NCBI GenBank assembly: GCA_963801165.1
Contig: CAWDDT010000006.1
Coordinates: 384,001-448,000 of the forward strand
Source of the DNA: an uncultured bacterium
GTDB lineage: Bacteria; Actinomycetota; Acidimicrobiia; Spongiisociales; UBA5794
Direction of reading: 5' to 3'
DNA: 64,000 bases
Below the pieces are notes generated by a model. The model made no database searches. It saw nothing but the letters and a program-made list of their open reading frames with translations, and was not told where the DNA came from. The translations under genes and the position numbers were made by a program. Shown one piece after another: positions 1-10,001 of this stretch; within the stretch, counting starts at the first letter, position 1; each line of letters opens with the position of its first letter.

Positions 1-40
1 ACGTAAGGCATCGATGCAAGGGTCTCGACGCCGCTGCCGT

Positions 41-1396
41 TCACAAACCGGCGATCAGCTTGTCCACCCTGTCGTCTACGGATTTGAAGGGGTCTTTGCA
101 CAGCACGGTCCGCTGCGCTTGATCGTTCAGCTTGAGGTGAACCCAATCGACCGTGAAGTCCCGTTTGCGTGCCTTGGCCGCCTTGATGAACTCGCCACGG
201 AGCCGGGCCCGCGTCGTCTGCGGAGGCTCCGTCATCGCCTGCCGGACGCTCTCCTCGGTCACCACCCTCTCCATCTCACCGCGCCGCTCCAGGATGTAGT
301 ACAGCCCTCGTTGCCTGCTCACGTCGTGATAGGAGAGATCGAGGAGTCCCAGCTTCGGATCCGCCAATGTCAGATTGTGCTTGGCTTTGTAGCGGTCGAT
401 GAGCCGGTATTTTGCCACCCAATCGACCTCGCGATAGAGCGTCATCGGGTCCTTCTCCAGACCGGTGAGCAGCCGCTCCCACATCATGATGGCGTTGTCG
501 ACCTCCGCGGGGAAACCTGTGGTTCGGGCATAGCGCATCGCCCGGTCGAGGTACTCCCACTGGATGTCGAGCGCCGACAGCTCCCGTCCGTTGACGAGCC
601 GCACCCGGCGCCGGCAAGTCATATCGTGCGAGATCTCACGGATCGCCCGAATCGGGTTCTCGAGGCTCAGGTCTCTGAAGACAATGTCGTCCTCGAGCAT
701 TTGCAGCAGCGCCATTGTGGTGCCGAGCTTGGCGTAGGCAACGTATTCGGACATGTTCGAGTCCCCGGCGATGACGTGCAGGCGCCGATACCTCTCTGCA
801 TCGGCGTGTGGCTCATCGCGCGTGTTGATGATTGGGCGGCTCCGCGTGGTCGCAGAGGAGATTCCCTCCCAGATGTGCTCGGCGCGCTGGGCCAGGCTGA
901 AGATCGTGCCGCGGGCGGTGTGTAGAAGCTTGCCGGCGCCGGCATAGATCTGTCTGGTTACGAAGAACGGGATCAGTGTGTCGATCACCTTCTGGAAGTC
1001 ACCGTGGCGGCCAACCAGGTAGTTCTCGTGGCATCCGTACGAGTTGCCGGCCGAGTCCGTGTTGTTCTTGAACAGGTAGATCTGACCGCGGATGCCTTCG
1101 TCCTCCAGCCTCCGCTCGGCACTTTCGACGAGTCCCTCGAGGATCCGCTCCCCGGCCCGGTCGTGGGCGACGGCGTCGTACAGGCTGTCACACTCCGGCG
1201 TCGCATACTCAGGATGGCTCCCGACGTCCAGGTAGAGACGGGCACCGTTCTCGAGAAACACGTTCGAGGAGCGCCCCCAACTGACCACCCTCCGGAAGAG
1301 GTAGCGGGCAACCTCATCGGGTGACAGCCGGCGCTGCCCTCGCAACACACAGGTCACGCCGTACTCGTTCTCGATACCGATGATCCTGCGACGCAT
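41..1396 (-). CDS. pafA: Pup--protein ligase
   Basis: [60 protein letters not shown]; next to prcBA/pup. Confidence 0.97.
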   Translation of the reverse strand: MRRRIIGIENEYGVTCVLRGQRRLSPDEVARYLFRRVVSWGRSSNVFLENGARLYLDVGSHPEYATPECDSLYDAVAHDRAGERILEGLVESAERRLEDEGIRGQIYLFKNNTDSAGNSYGCHENYLVGRHGDFQKVIDTLIPFFVTRQIYAGAGKLLHTARGTIFSLAQRAEHIWEGISSATTRSRPIINTRDEPHADAERYRRLHVIAGDSNMSEYVAYAKLGTTMALLQMLEDDIVFRDLSLENPIRAIREISHDMTCRRRVRLVNGRELSALDIQWEYLDRAMRYARTTGFPAEVDNAIMMWERLLTGLEKDPMTLYREVDWVAKYRLIDRYKAKHNLTLADPKLGLLDLSYHDVSRQRGLYYILERRGEMERVVTEESVRQAMTEPPQTTRARLRGEFIKAAKARKRDFTVDWVHLKLNDQAQRTVLCKDPFKSVDDRVDKLIAGL

Positions 1397-1402
1397 GTGT
1401 CG

Positions 1403-1427
1403 AACAGTAGTGCACCGTCGAAGTTCC
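1403..1427 (-). promoter_or_regulatory. Putative leaderless pafA promoter (TACTGT -10; overlapping GGAAC-N17-GTT SigH/SigR-like element)
   Basis: Minus strand GGAAC-ttcgacggtgcactact-GTT-cgacac-ATG; no SD before ATG. Confidence 0.45.
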
Positions 1428-1455
1428 GGCGCCCACGATCAAGCCAGATACAGAG

Positions 1456-1486
1456 GCTCCCTCCCGGTCATGGACCGGGAGGGAGC
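1456..1486 (-). terminator. 14-bp perfect hairpin, likely terminator of beta-propeller gene
   Basis: GCTCCCTCCCGGTC-atg-GACCGGGAGGGAGC. Confidence 0.7.
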
Positions 1487-1518
1487 AGTGTCGCGTTTCC
1501 TTCTACGACCGGTCGTCG

Positions 1519-2619
1519 CTACGAGGCGGCCAGGCCGACCCCACTAGCTGGGAGACCGGTAACGGTCTCGACGGGGCTCAGGGACCCATCCGGGTTTGCG
1601 GACAGGACGCTGATCGAGTCGTCCGAGCCGTTGAGCACGTACAGATAATGGTCGCCACCGGAGAAGTCGACATCGATGGGTGCGCCACCGACCGCGGTCT
1701 GGTCCATCACCGTGAGCGATCCGTTTGCGTGGAGACGCAGATGCGTCACCGAGTTGGATCCAGTGTTCGTGGTGTAGACATCGGAACCGTCCTGGCTGAT
1801 CGCGATCCAACAGGCAGCCGTCTGGGTTGTCTCCTCGGTGTCGAGATTGTTTGCGTTCTGACCGTTGAACCTGTAGGTCGAGACGACCCCGGCTCCTGGA
1901 GCTCCGCCAAACGCTTCGGAGACCACGATTCGCCCGTGCGGGTCGAACTCGAAGCCAAACGGCGTCTCACCGGACGAGGGGCTCGCCGCGCCTTCGCTGA
2001 CCCAACCCAGATGCCCGACTTTGTAGATCACGATCTGATTGACGGCCTTCTCGGTCACTACGAGCGTCTTCCCGTTCGGGGAGAACTCGATCTGTGCCGG
2101 CCCAACTCCGCTGCCGGATAGATCTCGCTCGGAATACGGCAGGCTGGTCAGACCACTCTTGCTGAGCCGGAATCCCTCGATGGTCTCCGACCCTCCATTG
2201 ACGACGAACGCCAGGTTGCCGTGCACGTCAACACTGATCGGCATGTCGCCTTGGGTGTCCTCGACATCACGGAGGTGCAGCCTGGTGCCGCTCACCTGGA
2301 ACAACGATACGGAGTCGCTACCGGCGTTGACCGCCAGCAGCCACCTGCCGTCGTCACTGAGCGTGAGCGCGCCCTGGGAGCCAAGACCGCCGCCGCTACC
2401 GAGACCTCCCGTTGCGACCTCATCGACCTGGGTCAGGGTGCCGTCGGCGGCGCGGGCGTATACGAGCACGGTGTTGCCCGCAGCGTCGTTGGAGAGAGTG
2501 AATACTGCACCCGCCGGTGATGCAAAGGCCGGTGCCGCACCGACCGCGAGCGACGCCGTCAGCAGTGCGAATACCGCCAATAGCGTGCGGAACCTCCAGG
2601 TCTTGTGGCTTTGCTGCAT
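1519..2619 (-). CDS. Secreted lactonase-family 7-bladed beta-propeller protein
   Basis: Signal peptide ending AFA; repeated blades (SDDGRWLLAVNAGS, FSPNGKTLVVTEK, CWIAISQDG); SD AAGGAGG. Confidence 0.8.
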   Translation of the reverse strand: MQQSHKTWRFRTLLAVFALLTASLAVGAAPAFASPAGAVFTLSNDAAGNTVLVYARAADGTLTQVDEVATGGLGSGGGLGSQGALTLSDDGRWLLAVNAGSDSVSLFQVSGTRLHLRDVEDTQGDMPISVDVHGNLAFVVNGGSETIEGFRLSKSGLTSLPYSERDLSGSGVGPAQIEFSPNGKTLVVTEKAVNQIVIYKVGHLGWVSEGAASPSSGETPFGFEFDPHGRIVVSEAFGGAPGAGVVSTYRFNGQNANNLDTEETTQTAACWIAISQDGSDVYTTNTGSNSVTHLRLHANGSLTVMDQTAVGGAPIDVDFSGGDHYLYVLNGSDDSISVLSANPDGSLSPVETVTGLPASGVGLAAS

Positions 2620-2821
2620 GCCTTCCTCCTTCAGATCTGGCCCGTCGACGACGGGCGGGACGGCGCATTCGTGCCACGATCAAAGTAAGAAGCGGATCTG
2701 AACTGCGGCGAAACGGCCGCTTAACAAACGAGGAACACCCGCCGTGGCTCACCCGCCGCCGCGATCACCATGCCTGAGGAAGCGGGAGCCCGATGGGTGC
2801 GGCGATGCTCCTAGACGAGAG

Positions 2822-3505
2822 CTACGGGGTGCGGAAGGTGGTGATCTCGTCGGCGGTCAGCCTGCGGAACTTGCGTCTGCCCAGGGTCCGATCCAGGACC
2901 GCCGCTTCCCAATCGTTTGCCGCGACCTCTGCCTCGAGGACCGCCTCGATGGCCTCGGTCGCCACCCGCACCGCGGTGGCAAGGTCGGGGATCCCCTCCA
3001 GGGCGGATTCGAGACGCTCGGTCAGCGCATCCTCCATGCCACCCATCGCTCCCGAGCCACGCACGTCCCGGAGCGTCCCATCGTATTGGATCCGGTAGAT
3101 CTCGGTGGTCCCCGATTCGGCACCCACCTCGGCGATCATCACCTCGATCTCGTACGGCTTCATCTCGTGGGTGAAGATCTGGCCGAGCGTCTGGGCGTAT
3201 GCGTTCGCCAAGCCTTTTGCGGTCACGTCGGCACGCTCGTACGAATAACCCTTGAGGTCGGCGTAGCGGATCCCGGCGACACGGAGCATCTCGAACTCGT
3301 TGAACCTGCCTACCCCGGCGAAGGCGATCCTGTCGTAGATCTCGCTCGTCTTGTGCAGCGACCCGCTGGGGTTCTCACCGATCAGCAGCACACCGTCTGT
3401 GTACTCGATGACAATGATCGGACGGCCACGGGCAATGCCCTTCCTGGCGAAGTCCGCCCGGTCCTTGGTCAGCTGTTCGGGGGGAACATAGAACGGCATG
3501 CTCAT
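2822..3505 (-). CDS. prcA: 20S proteasome alpha subunit
   Basis: [40 protein letters not shown]. Confidence 0.97.
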   Translation of the reverse strand: MSMPFYVPPEQLTKDRADFARKGIARGRPIIVIEYTDGVLLIGENPSGSLHKTSEIYDRIAFAGVGRFNEFEMLRVAGIRYADLKGYSYERADVTAKGLANAYAQTLGQIFTHEMKPYEIEVMIAEVGAESGTTEIYRIQYDGTLRDVRGSGAMGGMEDALTERLESALEGIPDLATAVRVATEAIEAVLEAEVAANDWEAAVLDRTLGRRKFRRLTADEITTFRTP

Positions 3506-4305
3506 GGCCGGCCTCCCATCACCCGCGAGGCGACCCCGGCAACACGGTCATCCTCCAGCTCGATTATCCCTTCGCTGTTGATGGTCACGACGTTGGGGTA
3601 GATCCCACGGTGCAAGTCGGGGCCACCGGTTGCCGCGTCCTCTTCGGCCGCAGCCACGAGCGCCTCGATTGCGATCTCGATGGTGCGCTCCTCGGAGAGG
3701 CCGGGCTGGAACGCCCCTTTGATGAACGACTTCGCCTCGGCGCCCCCGGAACCGGTCGCCGCATAGTCCTGTTCCTCGTACCTGCCTCCGACGACATCGA
3801 AGGTGTACAACCGCCCGACGCCGGAGGCCTCGTCGTAGCCGCAGAACAGCGGCACCACCCCGAGACCCTGGAACGCCATCGGGAGATTGCCCCGGACCAT
3901 GCGCGCCAGATAATTTGCCTTGCCCTCCAGGCTGAGCCTTGTTCCCTCGATCTTCTCGTAGTGCTCGAGCTCGGTTTGAAAAACTTTGGTGAGCTCGATC
4001 GCCATACCGGCAGTTCCCGAGATGGCTACGGCCGAGTACTCGTCGGCCGGAAATACCTTCTTGACCCGGCTGTGGGCGATGATATTGCCCGCGGTGGCAC
4101 GGCGGTCTCCGGCCATCACCACGCCGTCGTCGTGCCGGATGGCGAGCACCGTGGTTGCTTCGGGCGCCTGGATAGAACCCTCACCCGCGGAAATCACCCA
4201 TGTCGGAACGAGACCGCGCGCTTCTAGCAACGAGAGGAAACTCGATCCCGGGCTAATGGTGTCGAGGGGCACGAGGTCGCCATGCCACAGGGGGCTTTCG
4301 CTCAC
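3502..4305 (-). CDS. prcB: 20S proteasome beta subunit
   Basis: Propeptide followed by [30 protein letters not shown]. Confidence 0.97.
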   Translation of the reverse strand: MSESPLWHGDLVPLDTISPGSSFLSLLEARGLVPTWVISAGEGSIQAPEATTVLAIRHDDGVVMAGDRRATAGNIIAHSRVKKVFPADEYSAVAISGTAGMAIELTKVFQTELEHYEKIEGTRLSLEGKANYLARMVRGNLPMAFQGLGVVPLFCGYDEASGVGRLYTFDVVGGRYEEQDYAATGSGGAEAKSFIKGAFQPGLSEERTIEIAIEALVAAAEEDAATGGPDLHRGIYPNVVTINSEGIIELEDDRVAGVASRVMGGRP

Positions 4306-4493
4306 TCTCCGCCCTTCTGGACGTAGTTCTTGACGAACTCTTCGGCGTTCTCTTCGAGGACCGTGTCGATCTCGTCGAGGATGTCGTCGATCCGGTCTGT
4401 GAGATCCTCGCCCTGACCGCCGGCGATCTCATCTGCAGCCTCGGCCTCACCGCTCTCGCGAGAACCGGTCCGCTTGTGTTCTCTATCAGTCAT
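4302..4493 (-). CDS. pup: Prokaryotic ubiquitin-like protein Pup
   Basis: [28 protein letters not shown]. Confidence 0.98.
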   Translation of the reverse strand: MTDREHKRTGSRESGEAEAADEIAGGQGEDLTDRIDDILDEIDTVLEENAEEFVKNYVQKGGE

Positions 4494-5979
4494 TGTCGCC
4501 TCCTAGCGCCCGCATCAACTCGGCGGGCGTAGCCACTCGATCGAGCAGATCGCCGACCAGATCCTTCCCACCACGAAGAGGCTCCATCATAGGCACCCGG
4601 CGTAACGACGCTTCACCGACGTCGAAGACGAGAGAGTCCCAGTTTGCGGCTACCAGGGCGTGCCCGAACCGGGAGACGCACTCCCCGCGAAAATAGGCGC
4701 GGGTTTCCTCAGGCGGCTTGCGGGCGGCCTCGAAGATGCGGGCGTCGTCGAACAACCTCCTCATCCGCCCTCCGGCCGCCATCTTGTTGTAGATGCCCCG
4801 ATCGGGATCCACGTCGTGATACTGCAAGTCGAGCAGCCGCAGCTTGGAGTCGTTCCACTCTAGCCCGTCCCGATCCCGGTATCCCTGCAGCAGCCTCAGC
4901 TTCGCCGTCCAGTCGAGTCGGTCGGCGGTCGTCAGGATGTCGCGTTCGAGGTCGGTGAGGATCTCCTCCCAGACCGGCAGCACAGCAGTGAGCTCATCGA
5001 CACCATCGGCGTCGTTCAGATACTTGCGCACCCACTCGAAGTACTGCCACTGTGCTTCCAGCGCCGTGATCGTCTTCCCGCTGAACAGCTCGAGCGGTGT
5101 GCTCAAGGTCAGGTCGTGGCTCACCTGCCAGACGGATTCGACCGGTCTCGCCAGCTGTAGCGACTCGGGCAGCCCCTCGCCCTCAACTGCATGCAGCATG
5201 GCCGCGGTCGCCCCCAGCTTGAGGAAGATCTGCACCTCGGACAGGTTGGCGTCCCCGATGATCACATGCAGCCTGCGATACTTCGAGGCGTCGGCATGTG
5301 GCTCATCCCGGGTGTTGATGATCGGACGCTTCAACGTGGTTTCGAGACCGACCTCTTCCTCGAAGAAGTCGCCACGCTGGGTGATCTGGTAGTCGACGGC
5401 GGGTCGCCCGTTCTCGGCCCCGATCTTCCCCGAGCCGGTGAAGATCTGTCTGGTCACGAAGAAGGCGGTCATGTGCTCGACGATCTGACCGAACGGTAGC
5501 GAGCGGGCAACCAGGTAGTTCTCGTGGGCCCCGTACGAGTTGCCCTTCCCGTCGCTGTTGTTCTTGTGGATGATGAAGCGCTGACCCGGTTCGAGAAGCT
5601 CCCGGGCGGAAGCCACGGCTCGGGCCAGGATCACCTCGCCGGCCTTGTCGTAGAGAGCGGCCTGGAGCGGCGACGCGCACTCGGGACCCGAGTACTCGGG
5701 ATGGGCGTGGTCGACATAGAACCGTGCCCCGTTGCCGAGCACCACGTTCACGAGTCCAGACTCGATGTCGAGACAGGGGCCGAGGTCGTAGCCGAACCCG
5801 CGGGCATCGCGACCAGGCGATTCCTCGTCGAAGGACCATTTGATCCGGGCCCGGCTGCCGGCATACGAGTTGACCAGTGTCGAAGCCGCCGCCACCGGGT
5901 TGAAGTTGGGCTGGTTGGTGACGGTTATCCCGAACTCTGTCTCGGTGCCGAGGACCTTCTGCAACACCGGCTCGGTCAC
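4486..5979 (-). CDS. dop: Pup deamidase/depupylase Dop
   Basis: [49 protein letters not shown]. Confidence 0.96.
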   Translation of the reverse strand: MTEPVLQKVLGTETEFGITVTNQPNFNPVAAASTLVNSYAGSRARIKWSFDEESPGRDARGFGYDLGPCLDIESGLVNVVLGNGARFYVDHAHPEYSGPECASPLQAALYDKAGEVILARAVASARELLEPGQRFIIHKNNSDGKGNSYGAHENYLVARSLPFGQIVEHMTAFFVTRQIFTGSGKIGAENGRPAVDYQITQRGDFFEEEVGLETTLKRPIINTRDEPHADASKYRRLHVIIGDANLSEVQIFLKLGATAAMLHAVEGEGLPESLQLARPVESVWQVSHDLTLSTPLELFSGKTITALEAQWQYFEWVRKYLNDADGVDELTAVLPVWEEILTDLERDILTTADRLDWTAKLRLLQGYRDRDGLEWNDSKLRLLDLQYHDVDPDRGIYNKMAAGGRMRRLFDDARIFEAARKPPEETRAYFRGECVSRFGHALVAANWDSLVFDVGEASLRRVPMMEPLRGGKDLVGDLLDRVATPAELMRALGGDND

Positions 5980-7697
5980 AGATACTGCCCCGGTGTGACC
6001 GCCTCGATCGATCGGCTGTCGCCTTCGCCCTCGATGAGCGTGCGGACATAGACGATGCGCTCGCCCTTCTTGCCCGAGATCCGCGCCCAGTCGTCGGGAT
6101 TGGTGGTGTTGGGAAGATCCTCGTGCTCCCGGAACTCCTGGACGATGGCGTCAATGAGATAAGTCTGGTTCAAGCCCGGAGCCTCGCCGGCTATCTCGGC
6201 CTTGATGGCATCCTTCTTGGCACGTCTGACGATGTTCTCCACCATCGCCCCGCTGGCGAAGTCCTTGAAGTACAGCGTTTCACGGTCGCCGTTGGCGTAA
6301 GTGACCTCGAGGAAGCGGTTCTCCTCCGACTCTGAGTACATGCGCTCGACAACCCGGTCGACCATGGAGTCGACGAGAGCCTGGGCGTCCCCCCCGTGCT
6401 CGGCGAGAGCCTTCTCGGATAGGGGTAGGTCGGGCTGGAGGTAGATGCTGAATATCTTCCTGGCGGCTTCGGGACCGGGGCGGTCGATCTTCACCTTCAC
6501 GTCGAGCCGGCCCGGACGCAGGATGGCGGGGTCGATCAGATCCTCACGGTTGGAGGCGCCAATCACAATCACGTTCTTGAGGGACTCGACACCGTCGAGC
6601 TCCGAGAGAAGCTGCGGGACGATCGTCGACTCGACATCGGACGAGACACCGGTTCCCCTCGTCCGGAAGAGCGAATCCATCTCGTCGAAGAACACGATGA
6701 CCGGCACACCCTCGTCGGACTTCTCCTTGGCCCGCTGGAAGATCAGACGGATCTGACGTTCCGTCTCCCCGACGTACTTGTTCAGGAGCTCGGGGCCCTT
6801 GATGTTGAGGAAGTACGAGCGGACGTCTGTGTCGCCCTCTTTCTCGCCGACCGCCTTGGCGAGGCTGTTGGCCACCGCCTTGGCTATCAGGGTCTTGCCA
6901 CAGCCGGGAGGCCCATACAGAAGTACGCCTTTCGGCGGTGGCAGGCTGTAATCCTGGAACCGATCCTTGTATAGGTAAGGCAGCTCCACCGCGTCCCGGA
7001 TGATCTCGATCTGCTTCTCGAGCCCGCCGATCTCGTCGTAGGTGACGTCGGGGATCTCCTCGAGCACCAGCTCCTCGACCTCGGGACGGACCAGCTTCTC
7101 CATGACGAGACCGGTCTTCGGTTCGATCCGCACATGGTCACCGACACGGAGCGCAGCTTTCCGCAGCGGAGCCCCCAGCTCCACCACGCGTTCCTCATCG
7201 GCCCGACCCAGTATGAGGAGCCGGCCATCACCAAGAGTTTCCTTGATGGTCACCACCTCGCCGCCCGTGTCGAAGGAGCGGACATCCACGATGTTGTATG
7301 ACTCGTTGAGCAGGACCTCCTGGCCGATCTCGAGCGCCTTGATCTCGAGGGTGGGCTCGACGTTCACCCGCAACTTGCGGCTGGCGGTGAACACATCGGC
7401 GGTTCCGTCGTCATTGACGCCGAGAAGAATGCCAAAGGGGTTCGGCGGTGCGGTCAGCTTCTCCACCTCGTCGCGGAGAAGCGCCAGCTGTTCCCGCGTC
7501 TCTTCGAGGGCTGCGGCGAGCTTCTGATTCTGCCCGGCCGCTTGTGCAAGCTTGTTCCGGCTCTCGAGCAATCGCTCTTCCAGAACCCGTACCCGGCGCG
7601 GGGCGTCCTGGAGACGGCGCCGCAGCACGGCGATCTCCTCCTCGAGCATTCGCACCGTTGTCTGCAGGTTCTCGCTGTCCCTAGCGGAGTCATCCAT
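5976..7697 (-). CDS. arc: Proteasome-associated AAA ATPase ARC/Mpa
   Basis: N-terminal coiled coil, [17 protein letters not shown]-terminal GQYL. Confidence 0.98.
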   Translation of the reverse strand: MDDSARDSENLQTTVRMLEEEIAVLRRRLQDAPRRVRVLEERLLESRNKLAQAAGQNQKLAAALEETREQLALLRDEVEKLTAPPNPFGILLGVNDDGTADVFTASRKLRVNVEPTLEIKALEIGQEVLLNESYNIVDVRSFDTGGEVVTIKETLGDGRLLILGRADEERVVELGAPLRKAALRVGDHVRIEPKTGLVMEKLVRPEVEELVLEEIPDVTYDEIGGLEKQIEIIRDAVELPYLYKDRFQDYSLPPPKGVLLYGPPGCGKTLIAKAVANSLAKAVGEKEGDTDVRSYFLNIKGPELLNKYVGETERQIRLIFQRAKEKSDEGVPVIVFFDEMDSLFRTRGTGVSSDVESTIVPQLLSELDGVESLKNVIVIGASNREDLIDPAILRPGRLDVKVKIDRPGPEAARKIFSIYLQPDLPLSEKALAEHGGDAQALVDSMVDRVVERMYSESEENRFLEVTYANGDRETLYFKDFASGAMVENIVRRAKKDAIKAEIAGEAPGLNQTYLIDAIVQEFREHEDLPNTTNPDDWARISGKKGERIVYVRTLIEGEGDSRSIEAVTPGQYL

Positions 7698-7923
7698 GTG
7701 TCCGCCTCCTATTGAGGTGTCGCGTTTCAGTGTAGGCCCGCTAAAGCCGTAGCGGCCGCGTCCCGATTACATGGTGAACCACTGCGGTACACCCACCTTC
7801 CGGCAGGCCGAAACGGGCCAACCGCCCCATTGGATGGCAGATCTCGTGCTCTACAGTGGCTGCCACGGAATGCAAAATGCCGTTGGTAGAATTGAACCCC
7901 CAAATACCTGCGAAAGGGAACTC

Positions 7924-8169
7924 ATGAAAGTCTGGATCGATCAGGACCTATGCACCGGCGACGGCCTCTGCGAGGAGATCGCACCCGATGTCTTCGTTCT
8001 GCTCGACGATGGTCTGGCCTATGTGCGCGACGGTGACAAGATCTACGCCGCATCCGAGGGCAATCCTGAAGGAGCCGAGGGTCTGGTCAACGTACCCGAG
8101 GGCATGTCCGATCTCGTGGTGGAATCCGCCGAGGAATGCCCGGGCGAGTGCATCTTCGTCGAGCCGTAG
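7924..8169 (+). CDS. Ferredoxin (single cluster, CxxDxxC...CP)
   Basis: MKVWIDQDLCTGDGLCEEIAP...AEECPGECI; start reassigned to ATG 7924 after purine-rich RBS. Confidence 0.92.
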   Translation: MKVWIDQDLCTGDGLCEEIAPDVFVLLDDGLAYVRDGDKIYAASEGNPEGAEGLVNVPEGMSDLVVESAEECPGECIFVEP

Positions 8170-8188
8170 CTCAGGACGGCAACCTCTA

Positions 8189-8977
8189 TCAGTCGCCCGC
8201 AGGCTCACGCTTGCGGGCGACTGTAATGAAGCCCGTATGGCCGATCATGCGATGGCTGGGTCGCACCGACCGCCCGTCGATGGTCCACTCTCTCATCATC
8301 ATCTCGAAGGTCATCACATCGAGAAACGCCCCGGCGTCGTCGATGGCCTCGCGCACCGTCTGCACCTGGGGAACCGTAGGCAGGTAGCAGCAGAAGACGC
8401 CACCCGGATTCAAAATGGTGGCCGCCGACGATACGGAATGCCACGGCTCCGGTAAATCGAGCACAATTCGATCGGGATGCAGGTCCGCCATACCCTCCTC
8501 CAGCGCACCGACGCGCAAGTCAACGTTTTCGGGGATGGTGCCGAAGAAGCCCTTGATCCGCTTCGCCGCCAGCCTGGCATGGTCGTCACGCACCTCGAAC
8601 GAGATGACACGGCCTGATTCGCCAACGGCCCGCGACAGAGCCATCGTCAAGGCTCCTGAACCGGTGCCGGCTTCCACCACGACATTGCCCGGGCCGATGT
8701 CGGCCCAAACAAGAATGGCCCCCGTGTCCTTGGGATAGACGACGGCTGCACCTCGTGGCATCTTCAGCGCAAAATCTGCGAGCCGGGGACGCAGGACAAT
8801 CAACGGTCTGCCCAGCGACGAGCGCAGCGTGGTCCCTTCCTCACGGCCGATGATCTCGTCGTGAGGCAGAGCACCCTGGTGATGATGGAACTCGGCCCCC
8901 GCAATCAGCTCGATCAGATAACGCCGCCCCTTGCGATCGAACAAGAGGCAGGCATCACCCGCCCGGAACCGGGTCAC
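8189..8977 (-). CDS. trmI: tRNA (adenine(58)-N1)-methyltransferase
   Basis: MPRGAAVVYPKD, VVEAGTGSG, LDLPEPW, HTGF; GTG start at 8977 after GGAGA. Confidence 0.93.
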   Translation of the reverse strand: MTRFRAGDACLLFDRKGRRYLIELIAGAEFHHHQGALPHDEIIGREEGTTLRSSLGRPLIVLRPRLADFALKMPRGAAVVYPKDTGAILVWADIGPGNVVVEAGTGSGALTMALSRAVGESGRVISFEVRDDHARLAAKRIKGFFGTIPENVDLRVGALEEGMADLHPDRIVLDLPEPWHSVSSAATILNPGGVFCCYLPTVPQVQTVREAIDDAGAFLDVMTFEMMMREWTIDGRSVRPSHRMIGHTGFITVARKREPAGD

Positions 8978-8982
8978 GTCTC

Positions 8983-9084
8983 CTACCCGAGCGCCGAGAA
9001 CAGCGATGCGGCAATGGTCAGCAACATCGCGACAACGATGAGCCAAACAACGATCTTGATGAATTTCTCGCGGTTACGGAACAT
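8983..9084 (-). CDS. 33-aa single-TM small protein (DUF4044/Prli42-like), absent from ORF track
   Basis: MFRNREKFIKIVVWLIVVAMLLTIAASLFSALG*; SD GAGGAG upstream; fills gap exactly between neighbours. Confidence 0.7.
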   Translation of the reverse strand: MFRNREKFIKIVVWLIVVAMLLTIAASLFSALG

Positions 9085-9088
9085 CGAA

Positions 9089-9313
9089 TCACAACTCCTC
9101 GTTCACTGCTGTTTGCGCCCCCCGCAATTGTGCGATCCTCAGTGTCTCGCCGTCGCTGAGCGTCCGGCTGTAGATCAACTTGTCGCCCTGGGAGAAACGG
9201 CGAAATAGCGCCCAAATGGAGATCGCCGCACCGATCGCAGCAAGGAGCGGTTGACCGCGACGAGCACCACCGAAGAGTGACTTGACACCGAGGGAGACGA
9301 TTCGCGCAAACAT
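9089..9313 (-). CDS. Small hypothetical membrane protein
   Basis: MFARIVSLGV...LLAAIGAAISIWALFRR; TGATG coupling with upstream gene. Confidence 0.7.
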   Translation of the reverse strand: MFARIVSLGVKSLFGGARRGQPLLAAIGAAISIWALFRRFSQGDKLIYSRTLSDGETLRIAQLRGAQTAVNEEL

Positions 9314-9516
9314 CAGAGGCGGTATATCTCCACACGAGCGCCGCCCTTCTTGCGACCCCGACGTCTCCCGAGCAGGAAGATGAGCACGACCGCCACTACC
9401 GCGGCGATGGCGATGACGGTACCCGTGGTCTGTGCCTGGCTCTTCGTCTCGTCGACGATCTCCTCGATCTCGCGCAGTTTGGCTTCCAGATCGGCTCGCT
9501 CGATCGCCATCGTCAT
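9313..9516 (-). CDS. Small coiled-coil + C-terminal TM protein
   Basis: MTMAIERADLEAKLREIEE...VIAIAAVVAVVLIFLLGRRRGRKK; ATGA overlap, SD AAGGAGG. Confidence 0.75.
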   Translation of the reverse strand: MTMAIERADLEAKLREIEEIVDETKSQAQTTGTVIAIAAVVAVVLIFLLGRRRGRKKGGARVEIYRL

Positions 9517-9833
9517 GCCTCCTTGGTTCCGGATCCGCCGTCCCGACCGGCGACGGCAACCATTACGCCGATAACCACCGCTATCGACAACGCACCCAGC
9601 ACGTAGCCGAGTGCCGACCAGTTGGGGCCGTCGGGAAGGAGAATGATGATCCCGCGGACGCCGGCAATGGCCAGCAGCAAACCCCCGATCGCAAACAGGA
9701 TGGATGCCGCGATCGTGAAGCCGGCGAACCGGCCGAGCCGCTTGGCAGGCTCGAGCGTCTCCTGGCGCAGATACTCTTTCGACATGTCGACGAACTCTGT
9801 TACCAGCTGGGGTAGTTCCGTCGCTCCTGCCAT
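9513..9833 (-). CDS. Phage-holin-family-like (YqjE-type) two-TM membrane protein
   Basis: ELPQLVTEFVDMSKEYLRQETLEP amphipathic segment then two TM helices. Confidence 0.65.
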   Translation of the reverse strand: MAGATELPQLVTEFVDMSKEYLRQETLEPAKRLGRFAGFTIAASILFAIGGLLLAIAGVRGIIILLPDGPNWSALGYVLGALSIAVVIGVMVAVAGRDGGSGTKEA

Positions 9834-10001
9834 GGACAAACCTCTCGTGAACTCGCGCGCATCTGTTTGCGGATAGCGCCATGAGGCTACCCCATTTTGG
9901 GGACACGATGGCAATCTGCCGGTAGCCGGGGCCTACCGCGCCCCCGACGCAATGTCGGCTAAATAGATACAGGTTTCGAAACAGCCTATTATCACCTAGC
10001 A

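Noticed and set aside
1400-1415. LexA SOS box upstream of pafA
   Set aside because: TCGAAC-agta-GTGCAC has three mismatches in the right half-site
2620-2705. Riboswitch-like leader before the beta-propeller gene (TTCAGATC/GATCTGAA inverted pair next to the SD)
   Set aside because: Only an 8-bp stem plus a GC hairpin; no recognisable riboswitch consensus
9513-9833. Prophage remnant implied by a holin-like gene
   Set aside because: This family is common in chromosomal non-phage operons, and no other phage genes are present
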